Assembly (NCBI RefSeq): GCF_001194135.2
Contig: NC_068993.1
Span: 61,096,483-61,128,611 of the forward strand
DNA: 32,129 nt
Reading direction: 5' to 3'
Source of the DNA: Octopus bimaculoides
Taxonomy: Eukaryota
This document shows positions 11,926 through 24,789 of the stretch, one piece after another; the first letter of the stretch is position 1; the number at the start of each line of letters is the position of its first letter. The translations under genes and the position numbers were made by a program. The notes under the pieces were generated by a model, which was not told the origin of the DNA, did no database searches, and saw nothing but the letters and a program-made list of their open reading frames with translations.

Positions 11926-12239
11926 GTGTGTGCGCGCGTGTGTGCGTGTGTGTGCGTGTGTGTGCGTGTGTATAACTCGGTTAAGTTCTGCATGCATGCA
12001 TACGGTACATCTCTCTGTGTGCAGATATATTTCTCTATTTCCGTAATGGCGCCGTGGCGATGCTCGCTGAAATGACGCTGTTGATAAGAGTAAATGCAAA
12101 CTGAAGAAGACGAAAAATACAGAAGCGAATACTTAAAGACAATGGAATTAAAGTGAAGAGGTGGGTCGCGTCGGTGAGTAGCGTTACTTATGATGCAGGC
12201 CTTTATTTTATCTGTCTTCTTCTATGACCAGCGCAGGCT

Positions 12240-12331
12240 CTCTCTCCCCCTCTCCCTTCCTTCCCCCTCTCTCTCTCTTTTCCAATCTCTTCCTTTCTCC
12301 CTTACTCTCATATACACCTTCACGCACCATG

Positions 12332-12362
<31 letters not shown>

Positions 12363-12408
12363 TTATTTATATGTATGTGTATATATGTATATATATCTAT
12401 TATATATC

Positions 12409-12445
<37 letters not shown>

Positions 12446-13093
12446 ATATATATATATATATTTATATGTGTGTGTACATATGCATTNNNNNNNNNNNNNN
12501 NNNNNNNNNNNNNNNNNNNNNNNNNNNNNNNNNNNNNNNNNNNNNNNNNNNNNNNNNNNNNNNNNNNNNNNNNNNNNNNNNNNNNNNNNNNNNNNNNNNN
12601 NNNNNNNNNNNNNNNNNNNNNNNNNNNNNNNNNNNNNNNNNNNNNNNNNNNNNNNNNNNNNNNNNNNNNNNNNNNNNNNNNNNNNNNNNNNNNNNNNNNN
12701 NNNNNNNNNNNNNNNNNNNNNNNNNNNNNNNNNNNATATATATATATATATATATATACATATACATATGACTTATATAGATTTATTTACATCTATATAT
12801 AAATATATAGGCATTCATATTTGTATATATACATAATGCATATATATATATATATATATATGCATATATATAAGTGTATATATAAGTATATACACACAAA
12901 CATATATATGTATCTATATATCGTTCTCAATCTCTCTTTCACATCACCTGTGTATGCGCGTGCGTGTGCGTACATGTGTTGTGTGTGTGTGTGTGTTTCT
13001 TTTATCTATGTCTTCCCCTCCCACACACACAGGTATACACATAAAATTTCTTTCGTTATACTTTGTATTCGATTCTATATATTTCTCCTTCTC

Positions 13094-13144
<51 letters not shown>

Positions 13145-13546
13145 ATCTCCTTCGCTCTTTTTTCTCCCACCCCCACCCAGTACTTTCTACTTCTTTCTGC
13201 CAATCCTTGATCTCAAAACTCACAAGAAATCCTAGACGAGATACGAACTGTGTTGAATAGCCATTATATTAACTTGAAGACCACTTCAATCATGTCAGGA
13301 GTCATTTAAACACCCCACAACTATACACAACAGACAACAGTACAAACCGCCGACGCTCATATATATACATATATACGCACATATATATATACATATATTT
13401 ACGCACATACGTCTATATATAATGTATATCTATATATGATCTATATATACATATATATACACACACACACATGCATATATATTCACACGTGTGTGTGTCT
13501 TTGTAGTAATAACATATCCTTACCCCCTCACCACACAAACATACCA

Positions 13547-13600
<54 letters not shown>

Positions 13601-13629
13601 NNNNNNNNNNNNNNNNNNNNNNNNNNNNN

Positions 13630-13693
<64 letters not shown>

Positions 13694-13789
13694 CTATATT
13701 TTGGAACAGATGTGTGCATAAATGAACTGAAAGTGGAAATCGATTTCTATCAGTGCACCGTGTTTTTTTGTCTCCACTCCCTTCACATC

Positions 13790-13859
<70 letters not shown>

Positions 13860-14380
13860 NNNNNNNNNNNNNNNNNNNNNNNNNNNNNNNNNNNNNNNNN
13901 NNNNNNNNNNNNNNNNNNNNNNNNNNNNNNNNNNNNNNNNNNNNNNNNNNNNNNNNNNNNNNNNNNNNNNNNNNNNNNNNNNNNNNNNNNNNNNNNNNNN
14001 NNNNNNNNNNNNNNNNNNNNNNNNNNNNNNNNNNNNNNNNNNNNNNNNNNNNNNNNNNNNNNNNNNNNNNNNNNNNNNNNNNNNNNNNNNNNNNNNNNNN
14101 NNNNNNNNNNNNNNNNNNNNNNNNNNNNNNNNNNNNNNNNNNNNNNNNNNNNNNNNNNNNNNNNNNNNNNNNNNNNNNNNNNNNNNNNNNNNNNNNNNNN
14201 NNNNNNNNNNNNNNNNNNNNNNNNNNNNNNNNNNNNNNNNNNNNNNNNNNNNNNNNNNNNNNNNNNNNNNNNNNNNNNNNNNNNNNNNNNNNNNNNTATA
14301 ATGTATATATATATATATATATCAACTCTACCTTATATACATACATACAGACATACATGTGTGTGTGTGTGTGTGTTAAA
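12240..14380. repeat. Compound microsatellite region of (CT)n, (TA)n and (CA)n interrupted by three gaps
   Basis: Directly visible. Confidence 0.95.
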
Positions 14381-14544
14381 TGTCCTTCAAATCTCTATTT
14401 TTAACAAGTTCAAATTACACGGACGGCGTATTCTGGACAGATCTGTCCGATGAGGGCAGAATTGGCTAACCAACAACAACAACAACAACCATAACCCCAC
14501 TAACATCATCTGACATACAGACAGGATCCCACCAAATCCACAAC

Positions 14545-14866
14545 ATCGGAATTTCAACATCAGCAACAGGGTATTTTTGTTTGTATGTGTGTATGTATGT
14601 ATGTATGTATGTATGTCTTCTCATGCATATAGTTGCATATCTAGACATGCTCATATATGTTTAAAGGATAAACCTTTGGAAAGTTTTACAAATTTTTACA
14701 GTTCTAGTGATGGATTGGGTCTGTAGTCTTCGAATTAGCTTTCTCCTTTCTGGTTTTGAGAAGCCTAATTTCTTAAGATCAGTATTTAGGCAGTGTGTTA
14801 CATATTCCAAGGCCCCAATAATTACAGGTATAAATATGAACTTGTAATCTAGAGTAACTGTAGATT
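14545..14866 (-). mobile_element. 5'-truncated Dong/R4-type (RLE) LINE: last ~65 codons and start of the 3' UTR
   Basis: The open minus-strand frame YKFIFIPVIIGALEYVTHCLNTDLKKLGFSKPERRKLIRRLQTQSITRTVKICKTFQRFIL* (stop 14661-14663) matches the R2/R4-type C-terminal 'P.iiGAlG...' signature. It is followed by a UTR with (CATA)n and 'aaaaataccctgttgctgatgttgaaattcc'. Confidence 0.8.
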
Positions 14867-14920
14867 TGTATGTATGTATGTATGTATGTATGTATGTATG
14901 TATGTATGTGTGACTTCGTA

Positions 14921-15093
14921 TTTGTACTTGCCCCCACCACTGCTTGACAACAAGCGATGGATTGTTCACACGCCAGTAAACCAGCGGTTGGGCAAAAGAT
15001 ACTGTGAGAGTCGATTCGCTCGACCAACATTCTTCGCGGTGTTGCCCCAGCACGGCTGCAATTCGGTGAATAAAAGACGTGAAAGATAAAAGA
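14921..15093 (+). mobile_element. Octopus-type SINE, 3' two-thirds
   Basis: 'cccccaccactgcttgacaac...agcggttgggcaaaaga...gtcgattcgctcgac...ccccagcacggctgca...aaagataaaaga' is homologous to the copies at 18003-18180 and 21571-21709. Confidence 0.7.
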
Positions 15094-15370
15094 CAATACA
15101 CGAACAGCAACGACATATTTGTTATTACATAAAAACAAGGACATTATTGACTTCTATTAATACTAACGACGACGATTTGGGTATCATAACGTTCATCAAT
15201 ACCAACAACAAGCGCCATAAAAGCTATCAACATTCGCCTTAACCATGTCATAGCTATGTCCACGACAACGACGTCGTAAATGCTGTCAATAATCACAACA
15301 GCGACGTCGTAACTGTTATTAATACCAAAAAGAAGAACAGAGTCGGAGATGCTGAGAAACATCAACTTAA

Positions 15371-15476
15371 AAGAAGAAGAAGAAGAAGAAGAAGAAGAAG
15401 AAGAAGAAGAAGAAGAAGAAGAAGAAGAAGAAGAAGAAGAAGAAGAAGAAGAAGAAGAAGAAGAAGAAGAAGAAGA
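15371..15476. repeat. Pure (GAA)n trinucleotide repeat running into a gap
   Basis: About 35 units are visible. The poly-E/S/F ORFs in the track derive from this repeat. Confidence 0.97.
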
Positions 15477-16210
15477 NNNNNNNNNNNNNNNNNNNNNNNN
15501 NNNNNNNNNNNNNNNNNNNNNNNNNNNNNNNNNNNNNNNNNNNNNNNNNNNNNNNNNNNNNNNNNNNNNNNNNNNNNNNNNNNNNNNNNNNNNNNNNNNN
15601 NNNNNNNNNNNNNNNNNNNNNNNNNNNNNNNNNNNNNNNNNNNNNNNNNNNNNNNNNNNNNNNNNNNNNNNNNNNNNNNNNNNNNNNNNNNNNNNNNNNN
15701 NNNNNNNNNNNNNNNNNNNNNNNNNNNNNNNNNNNNNNNNNNNNNNNNNNNNNNNNNNNNNNNNNNNNNNNNNNNNNNNNNNNNNNNNNNNNNNNNNNNN
15801 NNNNNNNNNNNNNNNNNNNNNNNNNNNNNNNNNNNNNNNNNNNNNNNNNNNNNNNNNNNNNNNNNNNNNNNNNNNNNNNNNNNNNNNNNNNNNNNNNNNN
15901 NNNNNNNNNNNNNNNNNNNNNNNNNNNNNNNNNNNNNNNNNNNNNNNNNNNNNNNNNNNNNNNNNNNNNNNNNNNNNNNNNNNNNNNNNNNNNNNNNNNN
16001 NNNNNNNNNNNNNNNNNNNNNNNNNNNNNNNNNNNNNNNNNNNNNNNNNNNNNNNNNNNNNNNNNNNNNNNNNNNNNNNNNNNNNNNNNNNNNNNNNNNN
16101 NNNNNNNNNNNNNNNNNNNNNNNNNNNNNNNNNNNNNNNNNNNNNNNNNNNNNNNNNNNNNNNNNNNNNNNNNNNNNNNNNNNNNNNNNNNNNNNNNNNN
16201 NNNNNNNNNN

Positions 16211-16289
<79 letters not shown>

Positions 16290-18002
16290 ATATAGTATAT
16301 ATGCGCATGTGTGCGCGTGCGCGCGTGTGCTTATATATATATATATATGTGTGTGTGTATATGTATATGTGTGCCTACAAATGTATATACATGCATAAAG
16401 CATCTAGATGTACATATGTACACTCACGTACGCAGATATTTGTATATTATGTGTGTGTGCGCGCGCGCGTGTGTACATGTATTTATGTATATATACATAC
16501 AGACACACACACACACACACACACACATACACACACACACTCACAAATAGCCACCAACAAGAGCAATATCAACAACGATGACGACGGCGACGACGACGAC
16601 ATTCAAAAGCCACAGTCCTCCATTTTGTTAGCGGAACCGTTTAGAAAGACATTTACGCACAGACAAAAAGACAAAATAACAAATATGATAAAATAAAAAT
16701 GAAGAAAAGAAAATGCAAATAAAAATACATAAAGATTCCCTCGTGCCGCTTTTATCTATTTCTTTGTTTATTTATTCGTTTATTATGTTATTTTGCTGTT
16801 CTTGTGACTGACTGTTGCAATCAATAAGACATTCTGTAAGTTTCCAGTATCTAACCACCGACGCCCGCCATTACTAACATGGATGCCGTGCTTTATGCTT
16901 ATGTGCATAGAAATATATGGAACTGCGTGTATNNNNNNNNNNNNNNNNNNNNNNNNNNNNNNNNNNNNNNNNNNNNNNNNNNNNNNNNNNNNNNNNNNNN
17001 NNNNNNNNNNNNNNNNNNNNNNNNNNNNNNNNNNNNNNNNNNNNNNNNNNNNNNNNNNNNNNNNNNNNNNNNNNNNNNNNNNNNNNNNNNNNNNNNNNNN
17101 NNNNNNNNNNNNNNNNNNNNNNNNNNNNNNNNNNNNNNNNNNNNNNNNNNNNNNNNNNNNNNNNNNNNNNNNNNNNNNNNNNNNNNNNNNNNNNNNNNNN
17201 NNNNNNNNNNNNNNNNNNNNNNNNNNNNNNNNNNNNNNNNNNNNNNNNNNNNNNNNNNNNNNNNNNNNNNNNNNNNNNNNNNNNNNNNNNNNNNNNNNNN
17301 NNNNNNNNNNNNNNNNNNNNNNNNNNNNNNNNNNNNNNNNNNNNNNNNNNNNNNNNNNNNNNNNNNNNNNNNNNNNNNNNNNNNNNNNNNNNNNNNNNNN
17401 NNNNNNNNNNNNNNNNNNNNNNNNNNNNNNNNNNNNNNNNNNNNNNNNNNNNNNNNNNNNNNNNNNNNNNNNNNNNNNNNNNNNNNNNNNNNNNNNNNNN
17501 NNNNNNNNNNNNNNNNNNNNNNNNNNNNNNNNNNNNNNNNNNNNNNNNNNNNNNNNNNNNNATATATATATATATATATATATCCATAAACGGAAACATA
17601 CGTATGTTCGGATGAATAGATGGATAGCTTTGCAAATATATGTACGTGTGTGTGTGTGTACATTTATTCATACATACATACACACACACCTGCACATTCA
17701 CACATGAAATAAATATGTCAGTCCCATATACACTTATCTCCAGTTTGATGAAGATCTGATTTGATTGCGCTACACCACTATGATAAGGAGTCTGGGTCAA
17801 TTCCGCTGACCGCGCATGCTCAAACGAACCTATCTCCACATTAATATACACAGCAGTTTTCATTATTTTCACATGTAAATATATGCGCTTGTGCAGTTTG
17901 TGTCTATAGATACTCAAATCGATAGTTGTAACTACATTTGTTAATAGGAACGCGTGTTTTCACATGTGTGTGGGGGGTCTGTGTGTGTGTGTGTCTTCTG
18001 CG

Positions 18003-18180
18003 TTTTATCTTGTACTCATTTCGTACATCAAACGGCAGCCATGCTGGAGTACCGTTTTTTAGGTTTTAGTCAGCCCAGCAATTTTTTTTTTTAAATCTGG
18101 TACTTATTCTATCGGTTTCCTTCTCGAACAGCTGCTTTAAAGGGACGTAAGCCACGCAACACCGGTTGTAGAATGACAGT
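18003..18180 (-). mobile_element. Octopus-type SINE, 3' part
   Basis: The reverse complement reads 'caaccggtgttg...cgtccc...gaaaccgatagaataagtaccag...ctccagcatggc...caagataaaa' and shares 'ccgatagaataagtac' and 'ctccagcatggc' with 21571-21709. Confidence 0.75.
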
Positions 18181-18252
18181 GCAAAACAAGCACAAGCAGA
18201 CGTGCGCGCACACACACACACACATACACGTGTATGTGTGTGTGTGTTTATG

Positions 18253-18318
<66 letters not shown>

Positions 18319-18342
18319 CATGCATACATACATACATACATG
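18253..18342. repeat. (GATA)n followed by (CATA)n
   Basis: Directly visible. Confidence 0.95.
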
Positions 18343-19497
18343 GCTTAATTGTTATGGCCGATCAGTTATCTCCATTGGTTTCGTACCTACAGAGCGCTTA
18401 ATTGTATAGGCGACTCGTCAGACTCAAATGGCCGTAGTCACATAACCTCTCCACAAGATGTCTGTGTGTGTGAGTGTGTGTATGTGTGTGTGTGTGTGTA
18501 TGTGTGTGTGTGTCAGTCATAAACATCTCACCTGTCGGTATTAACATTCTATCACTTCCTCCACAGTCTTATGATTAATTTCGAAGACATCTTGTCTATT
18601 GTCTTCGGTCATGTCGTCATGCCTCATCTTCGTCATTTGTAACAGGATACCTTTTTGCTTCATTCTTTTTTTTTTTTTTTGCATTTTCTGATCATCCCTA
18701 ATTCTCCTCTCTTGATTCCTAATTCTTATTTCTTCTCTCTGCCCCTCCACACTCTCTCCTTTTTATCTTTTCAGTTTCTCTCCATTCAATTATCGCTCCA
18801 TGGTTTACGTCCGACATAACACACCAAACTCCGTTTTAGCAATAAGATAATTTGAGACGCACTTAGTACTATATATTTTGTACCACCAGTACTCAGGATA
18901 TTCCGTAGCACATCTTTTATGAAGCAAGGTAGAAAAACAGTTATCAATATATAGATATTTCGAAATGGCCAAAAATTCCAAAATCCGAAAGTGTCTCAAT
19001 GCTGACACGCTACAAATGGAAAATTCCACAAAGTGCTGACAATGTTCCACCAAGTACAGATTTTATGATACATGTTACAGTAGATGAGATAATCTAAGCA
19101 GAGATAATCCTCTTTTGTTTGTCTGTTTGTTTTTTAGACGAAGCACAAAACATTATTTTTTACATGAGATCTGAATTTCACAGCCATGTACAAACTGTAA
19201 CATGACGAGTGTCATTACTTCTACATTACTTTAAAAATATAATGCTAACTTTTTAAAGTTTTCATTTTATTTGCCTGTAAACATATTCAGAGCTTTCTTT
19301 TTATATCTTACATAAAACCTAACACCTGTCTGTTAAAAAAATAAAATAGAAATGGCGTAAGTGTACTGTAACCTTATAATCAAAGCATGACATCATAGAT
19401 GGAGGCTGATATCGTACCTTCCTGGCAGTATAATGTATACAAAAATATCAAAATTATATATAAAACTACATTCAGGGTATATATGTGTGTGTATGTC

Positions 19498-19655
19498 TTT
19501 GTGTATTAAGACCACCGTTGGTTTCATGTAGAGAAAAACATCTTAATATTTTAACAATTTTTCAAGCCGTTCACATAGAGGAATGGTTGAAAAATCGTTA
19601 AAATATTAAGATATTGTTTCTTAACATGAAACCAATGGTAGCCTTGATACACAAA
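19498..19655. mobile_element. Fold-back (hairpin) element, probable MITE
   Basis: The left arm 'tttgtgtattaagaccaccgttggtttcatgt...atcttaatattttaacaatttttcaa' pairs with the right arm 'ttgaaaaatcgttaaaatattaagat...acatgaaaccaatggtagccttgatacacaaa' over ~70 bp, with a short central loop. Confidence 0.75.
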
Positions 19656-19730
19656 TAAAGAAATTCTATCCACCAATGCAGTATTGAGAACTCATTCTCG
19701 TAGTTCGACATTTATGTGTGTGTATGTGTC

Positions 19731-19761
<31 letters not shown>

Positions 19762-21570
19762 CTGTGTCTCTGTGTGTCTGTGTGTGTGTGTCTGTGCATG
19801 TGTGTGTGTATCTGTGTGTGGCTGTGCGTTTTTGTGTGTCTCTCTGTGTGTCTGTGCGTGCGTGTGTCTGTGTTTTTGTGTGTGTGTCTGTGTCTNNNNN
19901 NNNNNNNNNNNNNNNNNNNNNNNNNNNNNNNNNNNNNNNNNNNNNNNNNNNNNNNNNNNNNNNNNNNNNNNNNNNNNNNNNNNNNNNNNNNNNNNNNNNN
20001 NNNNNNNNNNNNNNNNNNNNNNNNNNNNNNNNNNNNNNNNNNNNNNNNNNNNNNNNNNNNNNNNNNNNNNNNNNNNNNNNNNNNNNNNNNNNNNNNNNNN
20101 NNNNNNNNNNNNNNNNNNNNNNNNNNNNNNNNNNNNNNNNNNNNNNNNNNNNNNNNNNNNNNNNNNNNNNNNNNNNNNNNNNNNNNNNNNNNNNNNNNNN
20201 NNNNNNNNNNNNNNNNNNNNNNNNNNNNNNNNNNNNNNNNNNNNNNNNNACTTGTGTAGCTTACAACCATACATACGTACAAATGTGTGTGTGTATAGGT
20301 GTTCGAATGTATAATACAAATATGGATATACGTAGATATATGTGTGTGTGTATATGTATATCCCTACATGTATATATGTATGTAAGTATATGTGTGTGTA
20401 TGTATATGTATATACATATATATCACACACATGTATATATGTATGTAAGTATATATATGTGTGTATGTGTGTGTAAGATGTATGTATATGTATGTATACA
20501 ACTTAGATTGCAATTGGATAAAAAATATACATGTGTGTTTGAGTTAGTATGTGTGTCTTCATATATGCATTTGTATATATACTACACACTTACACACACA
20601 CACACACACACACACTCACTCACATATCAGTGTGTGCGTTATTGTTTTATCGTACGGTAATCTAAGATGCTATATACACACACATACATACATTCATACA
20701 TGCATACACTACACACACACAAACACGCACACAAACACACACACACACACACACACACGCACAAACACACACACACGTACACACACACGTACACATATAG
20801 CTAACAACTGTTTCTATTTTAAAAGAATTTGTAACCTTATCGTCTGCTGTTTCGCTGACTTTATTTATAAAATGTCGATGAAAGTATAGCATTAGATGGA
20901 GAACACTAATAACGAATAGTTTTTAGTGGTCTATAGTAATTGGCAGCATGGTGAATTGTTCTAACCTCTAAAGAATTTCAAGAAGTGATGTGTAGAACTG
21001 TGGTAGAGAAAGGAGAAGAAAAGAACGGAAAGAAGGGAAAGTGAGGCAAATATGTTTAGGGTGACTTCATTATGATTATATCTGGTAATCACATGATTAG
21101 TGTCGTTCATTGAAGCAAATATATTAACATATTTCTGGGGTTTTTCGGTGTTTCTGTTTTTTTTATATTTTACTGGAACTGAAATATAAAATGATTACGT
21201 GAACATTTTATCATACAATTGTAAGACTGAAGAAGTAGGTAATATTATGCATCTGTCTCTTTCGATTTGTTCTGCTGCTGATTAAGCAATCAGGAACATG
21301 ATAATTCCCGAGTGGAGGTAATCAACAGCTTGACAATTCTAGAACAGAGCAAGTTCTAAGTCCAGTAAGATAATCTCTCTTTTGACGGTACTGCGTCAAG
21401 TCTTCATAGAATGGCGTACTTTGGGTCGTTCTGTTCCACATCATTACTTCGTCTTTGCATTCCTTTATCAGAATCCATTTTGTTGTAAGCACTTGAATCT
21501 GGTTTCGGATCGAAGATAACTCACTCCCTACAGATAAGATACACTGCTTTCTATTTCACTTGACGCTGTG

Positions 21571-21709
21571 AAAAGTGACCGATAGAATAAGTACTAGGCT
21601 TACAAAGAATAAGTTCTGGGGTCGATTTGCTCGACTAAAGGCGGTGCTCCAGCATGGCCGAAGTCAAATGACTGAAACAAATAAAAGAGTAAAAGAGAGT
21701 AAAGAGTAA
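21571..21709 (+). mobile_element. Octopus-type SINE 3' end with (AAAGAGT)n-like tail
   Basis: 'gaccgatagaataagtactaggcttacaaagaataagttctggggtcgatttgctcgactaaaggcggtgctccagcatggccg...tgactgaaacaaataaaagagtaaaagagagtaaagagt'. The repeated tail is visible. Confidence 0.85.
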
Positions 21710-21808
21710 TAGGGTAGCTTACAGACATTCACAGTACTGTGGCCTATAAACATGCATGACAGTGGGGCCATTTAACATGCTTTATAAGTGCAGCCCAGAA
21801 ACACGTTT

Positions 21809-22023
21809 AATATTGGTTTCAAATTTTGGCACAAGGTCAGCAATTTCGGGGAAGGGGACCAAGTTGGTTACACTGACTCCAGTATTCAGCAGGAGCTTAT
21901 TTTATCGACCACGAAAAGATGAAAGGCAAGGCAAAGTCGACCTCGGCGGAATTTGAACTCAGAACGTAAAGACGAACGAAATACCGTTAAGCATTTTGTC
22001 CGGCGTGCTAACGATTCTGTCAG
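21809..22023 (-). mobile_element. Near full-length tRNA-related octopus SINE
   Basis: The reverse complement reads 'ctgacagaatcgttagcacgccggac...gttctgagttcaaattccgccgaggtcgactttgcc...gataaaataag...gtgccaaaatttgaaacca', with a B-box-like 'gagttcaaattcc'. It is homologous to 23191-23452 and 24790-24900. Confidence 0.85.
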
Positions 22024-23190
22024 TATACATATCTATACTATTGTGATCAATAATCATGCGGAATACAATAGCGCATACATGAGCATACTTAATACACTGG
22101 CCTCTAAGATCACTGAAAATGTAAAAAAAAAAAAGATAGCAGTGTAGAGATCGCTACTAAATGGTATCGTTTCACTGAAGAACCAACGATTCTGTCTCTC
22201 TATTGGATCATCAACAATAAGAAGAATTACGTGTCCGTCATACAGAGTAATTATTATGCTTAGGAGCCACACCTTATTGTCTTTCAAGGGAGAAAAAGTA
22301 GGACATATTTATGATAAAGCTTGTCTGAAAAGAGGGAGATGTACAAAACAATAGGATGATCGAAGCTGAACGCTGCGGGCAAGCATGGAACAAAACAACA
22401 ACAGCAACAACAAATTTAAAATAGCTGAAAAGTAATAAATTACGGATTGCGTCGAGTTGACTTGAAACTATTTATAAGAAACGACAAAAAATATTGCCTC
22501 GAATCGAAAACACTTTTTTTCTATTGTTATTTTTGAATAGAAGTTGAATAAAAAAAAAAGACTAACAATATTTAGATATACATAATAGAAGTGGTTTTGA
22601 AAATCTTGAGATATGAAGGAATCGATAAAAGCGACTGATTCTAAAGGAAGTTAGAGCTAAAGAATAGCATAAGTAAATTAGATTATTAATGAGCAGAGAT
22701 AAACTGAAATATATAAAACAAAATAAATAGCATAAATCTACTTGTTGTGCCGGTAATTAATTATAGTTTTAATATAATCGTTAGAAAATTAAATTAAGTT
22801 AGATGATAGATAGGAAAATGTTTGTAGATTTCAGAGAATTACCACTGGAAATATGATTTTTGACATAATATGCTAACTAATTACACACTCCGGGAATATT
22901 TGACAAAATATCTTCACCCAAACAGAAAACAGGAATTATTTCCACCCAACGGGAGAAGGAATCTGCGTAGATGTTAGATGTAATAGAAATGTTAATCAAA
23001 TCTTTCTCAAAATACAGCTCATTGTTTTAATAAAAAGGTCTCTCTGGATAATGTAATCTTAGATACACTGCCTGAAAAACAACACTGGAATGGTCATGGC
23101 GTAAAGCCAATACATATCTCCTTCATTCGAATAGCCTTTACTCGGCTGCAGCCATGATGCTTAACTTCTAGTAAAGAAGCAAAAGACCTG

Positions 23191-23305
23191 AAAATCTGGG
23201 GGAAATGGTAGCTGATTATATCGACCCTGGTCAACGGTTTCGTATTTTGATGACCGCCGAAAGGATGATAAGCAAAATGGTTTTCGTCTGAATTTGAACT
23301 CAGAA
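23191..23305 (-). mobile_element. SINE fragment, left member of a head-to-head fused pair
   Basis: The reverse complement 'ttctgagttcaaattcagacgaaaaccattttgcttatcatcctttcgg...gggtcgatataatc' aligns to the copy at 21809-22023. Confidence 0.75.
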
Positions 23306-23308
23306 ATA

Positions 23309-23452
23309 CCGCCGGGGTCGACTTTGCCTTTCATCCTTTCGGGGCCGATAGAACAAATACCAGTAGAGCCCTTGAATCGATGGAATCGATATAACCCCTC
23401 CTCCCCCGCCCAAAAAAAAAACTGCTGTCCTTTAGTAAAATTTGGAAATATT
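23309..23452 (+). mobile_element. 5'-truncated SINE, right member of the fused pair
   Basis: 'ccgccggggtcgactttgcctttcatcctttcggggccgatagaacaaataccag...aaaatttggaaata' is the same family in the opposite orientation. Confidence 0.8.
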
Positions 23453-23627
23453 TGTTATAGTTGTTGCTGTTCTGATTATTACTATCAGAATGAAGAATTC
23501 GGATTGTTGCAACGATGTTCCCATTACAGATTACCTGCTTCTCCATTCCACAGTAAACCATTTTATCTCATACTGTGTGACAAGATACTTACACTGAATA
23601 AGCGATCAAGCTCTTCCATTCGATAAT

Positions 23628-23683
<56 letters not shown>

Positions 23684-24301
23684 CATATCTATACACATAT
23701 CTATACACATATATATACATATGCGTGTGCATATATGTGTGTGAGTGTGTGTGTGTGAGTGTGTTTGTATGTATGTATAATTGATGTTTGTGTGCGCCAA
23801 AAAATACATTAATGTAACTATGGTAAGTATTAAATCTTCCTTTTGTTAACGCTTCGTAAAGTTTTCGTCTCCCTGCATTTACATATTTTGTTTATATCTG
23901 CATATATTTCGAATAGATATACATCTCTCTGTCACTTCTCTGCGTCTAGGTGTGTGCGTATGTGTATATATGTGTGTGTATACAGCCCATATATGTATGC
24001 ACTTATTTACGTGTTTGTAATGGCCGGTATTTTCTTTTTGTATAAATATGTATCTAACCAGTTGATACTCAATCACGAATATATATAACTAATAATTTCT
24101 ATCTACATATTTATGACTAAAATTGTAATAGTGGCGAAACGTTGGATAACAGCATGTGTGCGCCATCTATGTATATCTTTGTATGTATGTATGGGAGAAT
24201 GCATGCATGTGTGTATGAATATACATATGTGTATGTTTGTGCAAACACACGTATATCTATATATCCACACACACATAAATATATATACATACATACATAC
24301 A

Positions 24302-24364
<63 letters not shown>

Positions 24365-24789
24365 GCATACATACATAATGTATGAAAGGAATGTACGAAC
24401 GCTAACATCTATTAAACTCACCAAATACGTTCCGACTCTCACGTCAAACATAGCCACATGATTAACGTTAATGAAACTCCTGCCATTGGTTCTATGGCTC
24501 TGGAATCACCATAATCATATAACTGAATTTTTGATGAACCGTCTTCAAGGGCAGGCTTAGAAAGAATTAGATTCACAGATTTCTGGTATTACACAGGCGT
24601 CGATCTGTTACAACCGTCCACTTACGAGAGTCGCCAGTACTTCTCAACTTAACCCAAAATGTGATGTTTCTAATGAAAGTGAACCGTTTTTGTTTGACAG
24701 GTTATTTTTGCTTGTTTTATGTTTGTTTGTTTGATTTTTTTTTGTCAATTTTAATTCTAATATTTATTCCCAAAAGTTAATATGAGATA

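Noticed and set aside
12026-12179. Possible exon with acceptor 'gtgtgcag' and donor GTGAGT at 12174
   Set aside because: All three frames contain stops, and ATGGCG opens only nine codons. At best it is a non-coding exon.
17755-17825. Integrase-like peptide TPYHSGVAQSN on the minus strand
   Set aside because: Only one short partial motif, with no flanking DDE context and no LTR.
5860-20900. Long ORFs of 150-460 aa in the supplied track (poly-CV, HT, YI, SL, E, X)
   Set aside because: They are translations of microsatellites and N-gaps, which lack stop codons. They have no protein-like content.
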